Source: a bacterium
GTDB lineage: Bacteria; UBA10199; 2-02-FULL-44-16; JAAZCA01
Length of the DNA stretch: 64,000 bases
Assembly (NCBI GenBank): GCA_963674695.2
Contig: CAXXGI010000002.1
Coordinates: forward strand, 512,001-576,000
Direction: 5' to 3'
In this document: piece after piece, positions 17,701 through 32,700 of the stretch
Layout: each line of letters begins with the position of its first letter
Position numbering within the stretch: position 1 is the stretch's first letter
Notes under the pieces: model-generated
The model's database searches: none
Told to the model about the DNA's origin: nothing
What the model saw: only the letters and a program-made list of their open reading frames with translations
Program-made: the position numbers and the translations under genes

Positions 17701-20700
17701 TGAGTGGACCGCCCAAGCCCTTCGAACGCCGTTCAGCATCAGTCCCTATATGGCGTGGGCTGGATGGGATCGCCTTGGATATTACTGGGTCCCCTTCGAC
17801 TGGGATCTCGACGGCGTCTGGGAGGTCGATGTCGATGTCAACGGCGACGGGAACGTCGATGCGGAAGACGAGGTTGTGTGGCAGAGGCGAGAAGTCGATT
17901 TCAAATTAGTCGTAGGCAGCAATCACTATATCGATATCTGTCTCGGTATGAAGGAGAATCCTCCGGACTCGCCATATTCTCTCCAAAAGTGGTGTCCCGA
18001 CATCTACGAGATCGAGAGGTTGAAATCCTCCGGCGCCATATCCTGTTCGATCGACAAACTCGGTGCCTCGGATCCGTTTGATCGGGGTTGTTGTAACGAT
18101 CTCAAGTCCTACATGGATGAGAACCGCGATCATCGCATCCTGCGCTGGATCTATATTCGCTACTGTGCAGGTATGCCGCGCCTGGAAGAGGGTAATACAT
18201 GCGCCTCTTTGCCCGCCACCATCGGCTGTGCCGCTGGCAAGTATGTTCGTCCTCTCCCCCCTGAGGAGATCAATGAGGGTGAGCCGATTCGGCCGCTGCT
18301 CTCCGACTATCTGCGCAATATCGAAAATGCATTCGATTTTCAGAATCCGAAGAACGATATCTACGTCGGCCCCGACCCGGATGGCGACGACATCCAGAAC
18401 GCATCCGATGTGAGCGCTCCCAGGTGTCGCAATAGTGTGAGCCAGAGTAGCTCGGGCGTGTGGCCGCTGGCCGCCCGGTATTGTTCGACGAACTGCAACA
18501 GAGAGAATATCGCCGAGAAGGGTCCCGTCTTCGATGGACGCGGCAGCGATGACATCTCTTATGACGCCATGCTGCCCGCGGATCGCCGTCACAACTTCTG
18601 CACCGAGTTCTGTCCGATTCCGCCCAGCGGGGAGAGTTACGACGCTTGGGCGCGCGAGCAACAAGGCTCTCTGCTGAGGGCGGGCGGCCTCTGCGAGGAT
18701 CACAGCGATTGCGGTGATGGGGCACGGTGCGTCGGGGAAGAGGGAAACAAAACCTGCAAAAATATCTTCAAGGAGACGGACCTCGTCGACATGGAGTGCA
18801 GCCGTATGCCGCGCGAGGGCTGGCCGTATCGTAGGTGTGCCCTCCAGAGTAATGGCGGGATCATCCTCGAGGATATGAATGATGGAGTATGCTCGTCGGG
18901 CCGTACGCAGGTCGATTGCTATCCTTTAGAACTCGACTCGACTCTCTGCGGTGAGAGGGTGACGGTGAAAAACTTGAGCACACCTTTCGGGATGCAGCTC
19001 ATCCATTGCTACGACCCGAATCGTCTGCCGGCTGACTGCATCGTCCCCGACCTCACGGCCGACTTCTGCCGTCGCAACTTCGAACGGACGATGGATCTCA
19101 CATACGCCCAGAAGTTCGGTTGTTTCGATAACTGTCCCGATCACTACAATCCTGACCAGAGGGATGCCGACGGTAACGGCATAGGCGATGCGTGCGACTC
19201 GACGCAGGGTGGAGTGGTTGCTAGCCAGACATGTTCAGAGAGCTTCCCGCCGTACTGGGTCGATCTCGACGGGGATGGCTTCGGCGATATCTGTGATAAC
19301 TGCCCCGCGCGCAAACAGGACGGCCAGGCCGATGCCGATGCCGACGGCATCGGCGATGCGTGCGACAACTGTGATGACGAACGCAACCCGCTCCAGAAAG
19401 ACCGCGATTGCAACATGGTGGGCGATGCGTGCGACCAGTATTGTTCCGGACCGGACGATACCTGCATGGGCGATCGGGATCTGCTCCGCGGAACAGATTT
19501 CATCCGCGGCTATTGCAAGGATTCGAAGCATCTCTACTGCGTCGAGAGTGCCTGCCGCCGCTGCGCGCCGCACCAGGTCTTGGCGGGCAGTGTCTGTATC
19601 GATCGCAACGCTTGCAATGGCGATGACGCAACGATCGAGTGCGGTGATTTCGGTGATGAAAAGATGCTCTGGGACGGCCGTGCCTGCACGCCGAAGGCGG
19701 GGTTTGCCTCCGAGATCAATGCCATCATGACCGACCGCGGCCTGCAGTGTCGCTGCCCCGATGCCGATGAAGTCTTCACGCCAGGTGAAGATGGCCAGCC
19801 TGGTTCATGCGGCACGGCTTGTACCCTCGCCGCTGCCGATTGCACGACGCGCGAGTGGAGCTGGCAGAACGATGTTCCCTACACCACCTTCTCTGCGTGC
19901 AAGGTTCCCGGCTTCGATGAAGATGCCTGTGCGTGTGCCATGAAAGACGCCGATAACGGCACGCCGTGCGGAGAGCGCGGATGGTGTGTCGGCGGGTCTT
20001 GCACCAATAATCCTGAAGACTGTGACGAGTGTGATGAGCCAGGCGGTTGTGTTGCTAACGGCCTCGTGCGCTGCTCCGATGGTTCCTGTGTGACTTCATC
20101 CGATCAGTGCGCCTGCGGCAGCGATGCCAACTGCGCGGCGAACGAGGAATGCAAAAACGGTCTCTGCCAAACGCGGCCGTGTGTAATCGATGCAAATTGT
20201 CTGCTGGGACAAATTTGTCAGGAGGAGACGAACGAACGCGGGGTCCAGGTCTCGGAGTGTCAGTATCGCACCTGCAGTGAAGGGGAACCATGTCCCGAGG
20301 GTTCCACCTGCGAGAGCGGGCAGTGCCTTCCGCAGGAGTGCCGTCGCTCCAGCGATTGTCCGACGGGGCTCATCTGCAGCGATCGTATCTGTACCAGCCC
20401 CAGCACGACCTGTACCATCGATGCCGACTGCTTCGACAACAATGAATGTACCGCCGACACCTGCAGCGATGCGGGCGTTTGCCCCTACGACGCCGTCACT
20501 GCTGGTACGTCCTGTGAAGGCGACGCGCTCTGTTCAGAAGACCTGCTGAGCCGCCTGGTCTATGTGTGTCAGGACAAGACCTGTCGCAGCACGCCGAACC
20601 CTTGCGACGGGCAGCAGCTCTGCGCACCGGCCACCGGCGCGTGTTCGAATGCGTGCGACCTCAATGCGGTCGAGGGCGAAGAGTGTGCCGCCGATGAGCG

Positions 20701-23700
20701 CTGCATCGTCGAGTCTGTCGAAGCGGCCGATGGCAGTCGGACCCAGCAGAGCCTCTGCGTCAAGGTGATCGATCAGCCCGAGGAGATGGCCGGGTTCGAC
20801 CTCGACTTCAGCATGATCGGCGCGCAGGGAACGAACGCCGTCTATTTTGATCCCGAGGATAAACGCTATAGCGAATCATTCGTCGGCGTCTCCGGCGGCG
20901 AGCACGAAGCGAGCGCGACGATCCTGGCCACGGGACTCTATGGCGATGGTCCGATTGCGCAGTTGGTGCCGGCCGATGCGCCGCTCGAACAGCTTGTCTC
21001 CGGGTGGGGATTGTTCAGGAATGATTCCCACCTCTTCCTCAGCCGAAGCGTCGTCGCCACTCCCGGCGAAGAGCTGATGGCCTATGCCTGGTTGCGCGAC
21101 GATCGCGGTGCGGGGCTTTCCCTTCCGAACGTCGGTTTTGTTGTTCCCGGAAGCGACGGCGTTGTCTCCGCGCAACAGGTGGTCTTCGATGAGAAGCCGA
21201 TCGCCGGCCTCTACCGCGCCCGCGTTTCGATTGCGGCGTCGGGTTCAATCTGTGCCTCCGTCGCTGGAGCTGAGAGCGATCTGTGTACGACGATCACCGT
21301 CGGTGGAGAACTCCCCGAAGCCGAAGTTGTAGGGACTTCCTTCGCGCGCATCGGTGCCTTTGATCGGTTAACGCTCATCTGGCCCGACTGGCAACAGGCG
21401 CCGCCAGAGGCCAAACTCACCGTCTATCGGATCGTTCGCTGCGCCCTGCCCGAGGGCGGCGCGATGCCATCAAATGATATTGAGATCGATACGGATGCTT
21501 CGCTCGGCGAGAATAGCATTACGTTTCAGGGCCTCGGCGATCCTCAAGGGAGCGATGGAATATTCACCTTCACGCCGCCGGTCGAACAAAATTGTTCCTT
21601 TGGTCCGACCTACGGTGATGTCACGTTGCCTGGTTTCACCGATATACAGACCGTCGATTTTACGATCGCCATCGCACGCCTCTGCAAGGATCAGCACGTC
21701 ATTGTCGATGAGCGCGGTGAGCAGATCAATTCCCTCATGATCCGCCCGGTGCATCACGACCAGGATATCCTGGATCTGACTCCCTTCTGCAGTGCAGATG
21801 AGAATCAGGATGGGGAGGAGGAGGGATGGACGGGACGCAGATACTGCCGGTATGAAGGACAGACCTGCGACGATGTTGAGGCCTTGCGTCGCTATCGGTG
21901 TTCGACTCCCGAAGACATGATCGACATCCGCTATCAGATGCGGCGCCTGCGCATCATGATCTACGGTTCTGCGGGTGAACCCTACGATGTGACCGATCAG
22001 GTCACCTGTACAGCCGCGGATGACGCCATCGTGCGCTTCGATCCGCGCTGGCCCTGCATGGCGCTGGTGCGCTATCGCGATGGAGAGTCCGAGTCGGCGC
22101 GGGCCGATCTCATGATCAACTTCGGCGGCGATGAGGTGACGAAGAGCGATTTCTTCACGGTCAACAATCCGAATGATATGGACGGCATCTACGTCGATCG
22201 CCTCGACATCCGCATCGGCGCGTCAGTTGCGCTTGAAGAGGATCCGGAACCGCTTCGAGCCTATACACCGATCGATGCGGTGGCATCGGTCACCAACTTC
22301 ACCGAGACGATCCACCCTGATGGCGTTCCGGTGAAACTCTGGGTCGTGCCCGACGCGGAGCGTTCGCCGGACGTTGCCGAATGGGAGGTCACCCCGCTCA
22401 TCGAGCTGGGCGTCGTCGATGTAGAGGCGGGGCGTAGCTATCAGGACGAGATTGCTCTCCTGCAGAGCCAGGAGCTCAATATCTTCCGGTACGAGAACGA
22501 TCCGCAGCGCGGTCCGGTGATCAAGGTGAGCCCGATCGGCGACATGCTCTACACCGGCGGTGCGGTCGCGCGCGAATTCAAGACGGTGCAGGCCCCCTAC
22601 AACTTCAAGTGGGGCACGGGGATCATCAGCGCCAACCTCGGCACCGGAAAACTCATCGCCTTCGAGGCCCCCGAGTGGGAGGAGGGCGAGACCGACTTCG
22701 GTACGGAGCAGATGCTCGGCGCGTCGAGAAAGGTGCATCTCTTCTACAGGCCGGCCGAAGGTGCGGAGGATGATGAGACGCAGGTCTATCTGGAATTTAT
22801 CAGTCCGAAGGCCTCCAGCGCGCGCCTCTTTGGAAAACTCAAACTCACGAACCTGCCACCCGCCGACTGGACGATCACGCCTTCGCGCGTGCTCCCCTGG
22901 GCGATGATCACTGCCGGTGAGCACATCGGCTCGCTTATCACCGAGGGAACACTCGAAGCGCTCGGGCAGACCGACTTTGATCTCGAAATGCTCCTTGCAG
23001 GTGATGAAGCGGCGGCGCGTGCAGCCATCTTGCAAGCGTTTCCGGATAAAACGAATGAGGAACGCGAAGCGATTCAACGTGACCTCAAGGCCTATGGCCA
23101 GGCCATGATCGATGCCCTCGACGCCATGCGCATCTTGGAGGAGCAGGGTGTCGACGGCGATGACTCCAGCCCGATCTTCAATATATCGCTCAAAAGCTGG
23201 CTTGTAGAGCCTGTGATGTCTGAGGTGGATGGGGTCGAAGTTGTTGAGACCCCCGGCGTTCCTCTCAATCGCGATACGTTCTCGCGCCTCTTTCCCGAAT
23301 CGAACGGACATTGTGCCCCCTACTTCATGCCCTTCCTGCGCGACATTCTCCTGGTCATGGCGCCGCTCTTCGGCACGCCGCTCGATGCACGCATCGCCGA
23401 GCGTCTGAGTCGTTTTGAGATCTGCGTCAATCCGGTCAACGAGGATGATCAATGTAACGTCGAGGATGGCTGCGCAGGCGATGCCGAGTGCGTCGAGGTG
23501 GAAGACGGCGAAGGATATTGTGTCGAGGTCTGCCCAGCCGAAACGTTCTGGAACGGCTGGGAGTGCGAGTCGGGCGAGCCGACTTCATGTACGGAGGATG
23601 AGGCGTGCATCGCCGTCGGTCTGGAATACTGTGAAGGCGGCATCTGCCGCGAATGTCCTCCGGGGCAGTATCGTCAGAATGGGATGTGCGTCACCTGCGA

Positions 23701-26700
23701 GGGAGTTACCCCGCAGCCGCCTGAGTGCACCGACGATCGCATGTGTACGCTCGATGCCGAGTGCAGCGATGATGACATCTGTACGAACGACACCTGCGGT
23801 CAGTCCTATCCGGGCTACTGCGACGGTTCGGTTCAGATTCCTCGTTGTGGAAATGACTGCGACGATGAACACCCATGCGGCAATGGCCTCGTCTGCACCG
23901 GCGGCCAGTGCATTCCCACCGATATCCCCTGCGACGCCAGCGCTGACTGCGACGATGGGAATGCCTGCACCACCGATGTCTGTGCTGAAGATGGCACCTG
24001 CGCCTATACCGAGACCACCTGTCCGGAGGGTGAGAGCTGCAACCGGGTCACCGGCCAATGTGCAGTGAGTTGCCCTGTGGGTGAGATCTATCACGAGGCC
24101 GATCATACGTGCAGTCACCTCGTCGATGGCGCGCTCGTCGAATTTTCAGCGACGGCCGGCACGGGTCAGTGGAGCGGCCAGACGACATCAGTCGGCGTTG
24201 GCGCCTATGAAGGCCCGATCGTCGGCATGACCATTCCGGCTGCGCTTACCATTCCCGGCAAGAGCGTCTCCGCTCTCTCCGGCGGCGTGATCGGCAGCGC
24301 GGCGGTGACGATTCCAAACGTGCCCGCAAACATCCGCCTCCTGCTCTCTCGTGAAGAGGTCTTTGAAGAGGATCGCAGTCTCGGTCGCGATGCCGCGCGG
24401 CGCCTGAAGGCCTATGCCTTCGTGACCGACGCAAACGGCCAGCCGGTCGAGGGCTTGACCGACGTTGTTTTTACAAAGAACGGGACGCCGCTTCAAAAGA
24501 CGCAGGGTCAGGATCAGCGCCAGGGCCTCTACTATCAGCTCATCGATGGGATCGATGGGGCGAGCTCCATCGCGGTGAGCGCGGGATCCGTTGCGGCAGC
24601 GCCGCAGGAGGTTGCGTTCGTTTCGGATCCGGATGTTGTGTCGCTTCCGAACGATTGGGATGTGTTGCTCGACCTTCCGCGCCGCACGCTCTATCGGGGC
24701 CAGGAGTTTACGATCCCTGTGCGCGTGAATACCGGTGATCAGTTTGGTGTCATGGCGTTCAACTTCCCCGTCGCCTTCGATGCTGATGCCTTTGAATTCG
24801 TTCGCGTTGAAAAGGGGAGCGGCGGCGCATACCTCATGGACCTGCAGCAGCCGACTGCGCAGGGGGGACAGGTTGTCGTCAACGGGGCCAAGGATCCGCA
24901 AAAGGTTGCGACGCTGGGCGATGATGTGGAACTCATTCGTCTCGTCTTCCGCGTGCAGGATGATGAAGCGACGGTGGTCGCATCCCCACGCCTCTTCACC
25001 GCTACGGCGAATCAGCTCTATTCGATGCAGGTCATCCCGGGCCAGGGCAATCCCAACCATGGAAATGGAAAGGTGATGCAGGTCCTGGATCGCACGGGGA
25101 TTTCGAATGCTGGCGTGGTCGTCGTGGAGCCCGAGGCGTATCTGGGCTTGGCGGCTTATATCGAGGACAACGATTGGGTCGACTATCGGCAGGTCAACCA
25201 GGCACGCGTACCTCCAGCGAGCGTGGTATGGATTAAGGGTGTCAGTACGCGCACGCAGGCGCCGACGGATCTGGTGGCCAACGGCGTTGTTTCGATTGCG
25301 AGTCTCACGGGCGAACCGGAAAACGCGGGCCTCGCCTTTGCGCCGGAAGGTGCCGGCCTGGGTATCAGCCTGGCACCGAATGTCCACAGCTCTCAATCGT
25401 TTGCCGTTCGTCATGGTACATCCGAGATCGAAGTACCCATCAGTGTCACCGCGATTTCGTCGTCCGATCTCCAATTCGAACCGGCATCGAGGAGCATCAC
25501 CCTTGGTCGTCTAGCTGAGGGAATCTATGAGCCGATTCAGATTCGGGCAAAGGCGGAAAAGAATGGAACGACATATGACGTCACCGATGTGATCTCCTGT
25601 CAGGCCACAGGCCCCGCGACGGTTCACGATGGGTGCATCATCGAACCGTCGGCCATCGGTCCGATCTCCCTTGTCCTTGCAGAAGATCAATCATTTGCCC
25701 TCACGGTGGCCGATAGCCCGGTGACGATCGAAGGTGATCTCAATGTCGCGATCGTCGGCTCTCTGGATGTGCAAAAGGTAAACGGCACGGCGGTTGGCGA
25801 TGAACCCATCGAGGTCGCAGGGGGCGTTGCGCGCGTGACGGCAGAAGCGACGAATATCTTCGGCGCGAAGGTTGCCTCTCCCGTTCGCGTGACGGCCAAT
25901 TTCTCGTCCGGTCGCACGGTGGATGTGACGCCGATCGTGGCCGGTTCGCTCGAGCTTCGCGGTCAGGGTGAAGCGGTGCCTTCACTCGCTCCGGTTTCGG
26001 GCGAGCCCGGAATGTTCGAAGTGGTGGCACCAGGGATCAGTTTTATCGATGCCCGCTTCGGGGACGCGATGGGCACGGGCGTGGCGGTGGTCGACCTGGG
26101 TGAGGCGAGCTTCGAGGTGACTCCGATGGCGGCAGCGAGTCACGGGTGCAGTCCCGCTGATGCCGAGGATCGCTCCTGCAAGCTTACTCCTGCAGATGAC
26201 TGGGCACGGCCCATTCGCGACTATGGCGCGACCATCGATTTTACAGCGCAACTTACGTATGAAGCGGATCCGGAGCATCCCTTCGATGTGACGCAGGGCG
26301 CTGCATTCGAGGTCGAGGCGATCGATGGGAATCACATCGTCGTTGAGGCGGTCGCTGGCGTGAATGGTCGCTTTGCGGTCAGCGCCGGTGCCGCGCATGG
26401 CGCGAGTCTTGTCACAGCGAGCTATGCGGGGATGACCTCCTCGTGGATCGTTTTGGTGACGGGGATCGACGAGTTCCGCATCGATCTCTTCGAGGACTTC
26501 GATCCGCTCACGACCGACGATCCGCGTTTCGTTGCATTTACGGGCGATCCCGTCGCGGACGCCGACTTTCAGTTGATCCAGGATATCGATTACCAACGCG
26601 GTCGCGCCAAGGTGATGGGGCGCTGGACCGATGGGTCGTGGATGAATCTGACGCGCGAACCGGGCGCGGTGAATCTGGTTTCACTCACCAGTGAAGTCGT

Positions 26701-29700
26701 TGGCATTCCCATCGCCTGGACGACGGCTGCGGAGTATGTCCTGGTTCACCCGCAGGCCGATGGCAGCGGTGACCTGGTCGTGTCGGTGCCCACGGCACCC
26801 GATGCGCCTACGGTGAGAAAGGCCGTGAGCGCGGGTGGAACGATTGCCGTGAATGCGATCGCGATCCTGCCCGGCGGCGGCGCGAACCGCGAGCCGATCG
26901 ATGCCTTTGACGGAACGATCTCGGCCATCAAAGATGCCTCCGCGGACCTGCGCGTCGGCATCAGGATGGCCGATGACACGCGCTTCCTCGCGGCCAAGGA
27001 CGGTGCACAGACGGTGACAGGCGAGACGCAATCGCTGCTCTCATTCGCCCGGAGCGATATTCCCTTTGCGAATGATTCGGACGATCGCTCCATGGCCGTC
27101 GATGTGACCGAGGGCGCGGGCGATCCGAACGGCGTCGTCGTCCGCGCCAATGGTGCGGCGAATATCACGGTCTCGGCGATCGGCAATGCCACGACGGGTG
27201 AGACGCCCTACGCCATCAACCTTCTGCCTGCAATCGGGGATGTTGACCTGGGTGTCGATATCGTCAATGGCATCGACATCGGTCGTTTCATTCCGGTGTT
27301 GGCCTCGGGGGGAAGAAAGACCGTCGAAGTCTTCGTCAACACGGGTGCGGCGCAGCTCAAAGGATATGATTTTGAGTTCTTCTATGATGCGCGGGTCTTC
27401 AGCATTGAGGAGATCAGACCAAATATTACGGGTGTCTTTACGGGTAACCGTCTCGAACCCGAGGGCGCCACGGGTGATGAATCCGGCCACCTGCTCATCA
27501 ACGGCATCGCCGATCCAGCGGTTGGGCCGGGGCGCGTCAAGATCGCCGAATTCGATATTCGTGCGGTCAAAAGTGACGTCAAGATAACGCACGTGACGGG
27601 ATTTGTGAATGCCCTGAGCGATGTGAGCGGTGCGCCGATAGGTACCGCCGGCCGGCATGCCATCGTTGCGGGCGACGGCTACGTCGATCCGGTCAATGTG
27701 CCGCGCGGCAACCTCGCTCCGGAAGACGATTCCTTCGATATCAACGACATCATCATGGTTGCCGAGTTCGACCAGGGGGCTCGCCCATTCGATGACGAGC
27801 AGCAGGCAGCGGCCGACTATTCGCACTCCGGTCTGCCCATCGACAGCCTCGATGTGGCGAAGGGTTCCGAGCTGCTCGCACTCCTCAATCACTTCGTCGA
27901 TCTTGAAGCGACTGTAAATGAAGACGGAACCGCACGGCTCTCCTTCGCGATCATCAATCGCTATGGCCAGTTTGTGGCGGACGCACAGTATGTGCGCTTG
28001 CGCCTCATCGTAGGTGGTGAAGGGACGTTTGAGATCGTCCAGCCGGCAGAGGACGATGGCACCTATTTGGCGGTGGTTGATGGTGATCGGTATGTCTTGA
28101 ATATTCGAAATGCCGAACCGGGTGCCCGGGCGCAGATCGATGCGATGCTCGAGGTGGTCGATACGAACGATCCCGATCGCGTGACGATCAACGCGATCAA
28201 TTTCGGCGTCGTGCAGTTTACAAATACGCCTGGCTGCGATGTCGATTCCGATTGTCCGCAGGAACCGGAGATAATGGTCTGTATCGACGGCAGTTGTGAA
28301 GAACCAATCCCATGTGAAAACGATGATGAATGTAACGGCGCCGGCTACGATTTCTGCGACGAGATCGAAGGCGTCTGCCGTTCCTGCCCCGAGGGCGAGT
28401 TCTTCGATGGAGAGGCCTGTGTTCCGGGTACGGGCTGCGACACCGATCTCGACTGTCCCGATGATCAGGTCTGTTACGAGGACGCCTGCGTCGTTCCGGT
28501 CGAATGCTCCTCTGCCGAGACCGTGAATGCCCCCTGCACCGATGACAATCCCTGCACCGAGAACGATAAATGCCAGGCGGACAACTCGTGCGTCGGAACG
28601 CCTGTCACCTGCCAAGCTGAAAACGGATGTCAGGTGGCAGCCAATGACGGTGCGTGCGACGAGACGTTCGGGTGTACATACGTCTCCGACTGTCCCGACG
28701 AGAACCAAATCTGCACGCCGGCAGGACAGTGCGAAGAACCGCAGGCCTGCGTGGTCGGTGAGTCCGGTCAGACCTGTCAGCCGGATCCGGAAGACATCTG
28801 CATGGTCGGCGAGTGCCTCGATGATGGAACATGCGGCGAAGCGAGTGCCATGCACGATGGGACCGAATGCGGCGAGAACGCCCTCTGTCAGGGCGGCGAG
28901 TGCCGCGAGCGTTGCACGATCGATGTCGAGTGCGACGACGGCCTCTTCTGCAACGGGACCGAGAGCTGTGCCGATGGTCTGTGCGCGGCGGGCACGCCGG
29001 TCGCGTGCAACGGCGATCAGATCTGCAACGAGATCACCGATGCGTGTGAGGAGCCGATCGATTGTACCGGCGATGATGGCTGTCAGCCCGAGGAAGATGC
29101 GGTTTGTTACGCCGGCAGCTGTGTGGAGATGACGGGCGAACCGCTCTCAGGCCACTGCCAGTTCGATGCAGTTTCGGATGGGACGGAGTGCATGACGGCA
29201 ACGATCGCCGCGGGCCAGTGTCTGGCCGGCAACTGCCGTCCGGTCTGCCAGACGCAGGGCGACTGCCCCGACGAGAGCGATCACTGTCTCGAGGGCGTCT
29301 GCGATGCGTGTCCGGAAGGAACGACCTGGTATCAGACCGGTGCCGATACCGGCGAATGCCGCGTGATCGTCGATGGCTGTACAGCCGATACGATCGGCGC
29401 GGCGTGTGATGATACAAAAATTTGCACCGTGAATGATGTTTGTCAGGCGGACGGCATCACCTGTGCGGGTACAGCTTTCTCTTGTGATGATGGCCTCGGT
29501 TGCACCACGAACAATACCTGCGATCCGACCCTCGGATGTACCTATGTCTCTCTCTGCGATGCGGATGAGCTCTGTCTCGCAACGGGTACTGCACCGAACG
29601 GCCAGTGCGTGCCCACGGTTCTGGATTGTAACGGTCAGGCGATAGGAAGCACCTGCGCGATCGAGGACGATCGCTGCCGCGTCGGCGCATGCGTCGTCGA

Positions 29701-32700
29701 AGGGGAAGCGGCATCCTGCGGCGAGCCCTTCGCGGCGTTTGCGGATGGCACCGCTTGCGGCGAAGGCGCTTACTGCCTGAATGGCGAATGCCGCGAGCGC
29801 TGCACGAGCGCTGCCGAGTGCGACGATGGCCTCTTCTGTAACGGAGCAGAAACATGCGGCGCCGACGGTTTCTGCGCAGCGGGTTCGCCGGCATGTGATG
29901 CGACGACCGAGCGCTGCGATGAGGTGAACGCGCGCTGCGTGAGCCTTGTGTGCGGAAACAACGAAGACTGTGCGGCGAACGAGGAATGCATCGAAGGTCT
30001 CTGCACGCCGCGCGAACTGTCGTGCGAAGGGAACGACGACTGCACGTCATTCAGCGGTCTCTGCGGTATCGGGTTCTGTTCGGAGAGTAATCTCTGCGGC
30101 AGCGATGTCTTCGCCGATGGCACTGCCTGCACGCGCGAGGATGGTCGGCCGGGCACTTGCTCCAGCGGCATCTGCACCATCGGGACGGACTGTGACGCAA
30201 CGAGCTGTCTGATCGACGATGCTTGTGTGGCCGAGAATACTCGCAATCCGGAGAACGACTGCGAGATCTGCACGCCGGATCAAAACGCATTTGGATGGAC
30301 GGTCGTGGACAGCTTCCAGGAATGTACCCTCGACGGTTCAACGGGCGAGTGTCGTGCGGGACAGTGTTTCATCCTGTGCCAGATCGATGAGGATTGCGGC
30401 GAGGGCGTGCTCTGTCGCGGTGGAGTCTGTATCACCGCCGGAACGGCCGAGGGGCAGTTTGTCCAATTCAGCGGCGATGCGAATGAGCACGCCTTCTGGG
30501 CGGGCGATCTGGATGAGGCCAGTGCGACCTACGGCGGCACGATCGTCGGCCCGTTTGCGCAGCGTGCATCTCAGTCGGTCACCACGCGCGTGGTCGACGC
30601 CGCCGGTTCCGGCGATGGCTTCGGGCAGCTCGTCGGCACGAAGTCGGCAGCGCGTGCGCTTCCCGAGACGGCTGCGAGCGCAGAGTTCGTCGTGCCGATC
30701 CAGCAGCTCTTCTCCGATGCACGCCCGGGCGGCGATCCTGAAAACCATGGCCGCACGCTCTACGCCTACATGATGCCGCGCGATGACGAGGGTCGCCCGA
30801 TCGTCGCTTCGCCGACGAATGTGAACTTTGCCCTGAGAAATGGTGATACGAGTATCTCCACGTTGACGAGCGGTACGGTGAGGAATGGCCCTGTTCGCTA
30901 TGCGAGCCAGGCCCTTGCCAACGATCTGCTCCAAAACCAGGAGGGGCAGCGCTCGCTTGTCGCACGTTATAACAGTGCGGATGTCGGTGGCGCGATGGAA
31001 TCGATCACGATCGTTGCCGATCAGGGGCATGCGCCGCTCGCGCCACAAACGATTCTGCTCGACCTGCCGCGCCGCGAACTCGCGCCAAACAAGACCTTCT
31101 GGATTGACGTGCGCGTGAACACCGATCCGGATCTGCTCAGCGGCATCACGCTCTTCGTCTTCGATATCGATTTCACGAATACGCCCTTTGCCTATGCGGG
31201 TGAGGTACAAAAGGGTGCAGATGGTCAGGCTTTTGGCGAACCGATCGTCACGACGGATGCCGATCGTATCAACGTGAAGCTGACACCGCCGTCGATCGTC
31301 GCGGGCGGCGCCGACCAGCTCTACGCGCGTGTGAAGGCGCGTGTGCGCGCGAACGCATCGACGCCGCAGACGGCGGGGATTTCCGGTGCGCTCGTGACCC
31401 TCAAGGATCAGTTGAGTGCTGGCTTCGAAGGGCGCGAGATTCCGGCGGTGGCTGCTAACGGTCACGGCGGGAATACGATGGCCGTCGTCGATTACAGTGC
31501 GATCGTCGGTTCCATCGGGTATCTCTCTCGCGAGTTGCTCATCGATCGCCAGTGGGTGGCCGAAGAAACAGCACAGACATCGACGGCGAATCGCATCGAT
31601 GTCTTCGCCAACGGTGGCAATACGATTTCGCAAGCAGCGGTGCCGATGCAGATCATCTCCGGCGGCGATGTCGTCGAGATCGACGGGAATGCGCTCTCCG
31701 TGAAGGCGAGTGCGGCCAAGGGGATGCACGATGTCGCGGTGAACGTCCTGCGCGACGGTGCGGTTGCGACGGCGAACCTCCCCGCGCGCGTCATGCGCTT
31801 CCCGACCGCCGCGCTCGAACTGTTGGGAGGACCGCGCAAGACGGACCGGCGTTTGGAATGGATCGAGAATAGCAATTTCTACCAGCGCACACAGATTCGC
31901 GTTGGCATGACCGTCGACGGTGTCGAATACGACTTCACCGACAGCATCGATTGTGCCGATATCGAACAGGTGCCGGAGAAACTCGCTCTCGATGCAAACT
32001 GCCATCTGTCGGTTCCGGAAGGGGTGCGCAGCGATGTGATCGCCCTGCGCTATGACGGCGCTGACCTCGGTTCGATCGCGATCGATCAGGAGAGGAGACA
32101 GCGCATTGCGCGCGTTCTGGTCGGATCTGCCGGTTCGATGACGATGCCGAATCCGGCGTCCGACGGGTTCACCATCCCGGCGTCCGTTTCGCTCTCCAAC
32201 GAGTTCCAGGTGCAGGGGCACGAGGGGCCCGTGGCGGTCTGGCTCGTCTATACCGACGGCCAGCAGGCCGAGGTGACCCACGAGGCCGAGCTCGTGATCA
32301 AAGACGGCGATCAGAGCGAGTTGAATCCTTTCCGCCTCGATGCGGAGAACAAACGGGTGACGGTTTCCGAGAACGGCTGGGCCGCGGTGCGCGCAAGGCT
32401 CGATGGGGGTATGGGTTTTGGCATGCTCGTCGGAAACCTCGGCGAGGCCTCGCTCGTGGTGAAGGTGGGCGACACTGTTGTCGGCGTCGACTCCACCGTT
32501 GACCTCGCGCGTTCTCAGTCCGATCTGGCGCATGCCGCTGCGGGCATCCCCTATGAGCTGCCGATCACGGTCTCGACCTGTTACGGAACGAACTGTTCCG
32601 GTGGTGGCTCGAACGTGACGACCGTGGCGACCTATGATGTTCAATCGGGTGGTGAAATCGCGCGCGTCGATGCGAGCGGCGATGCGCGTCTGTTGCGCAT

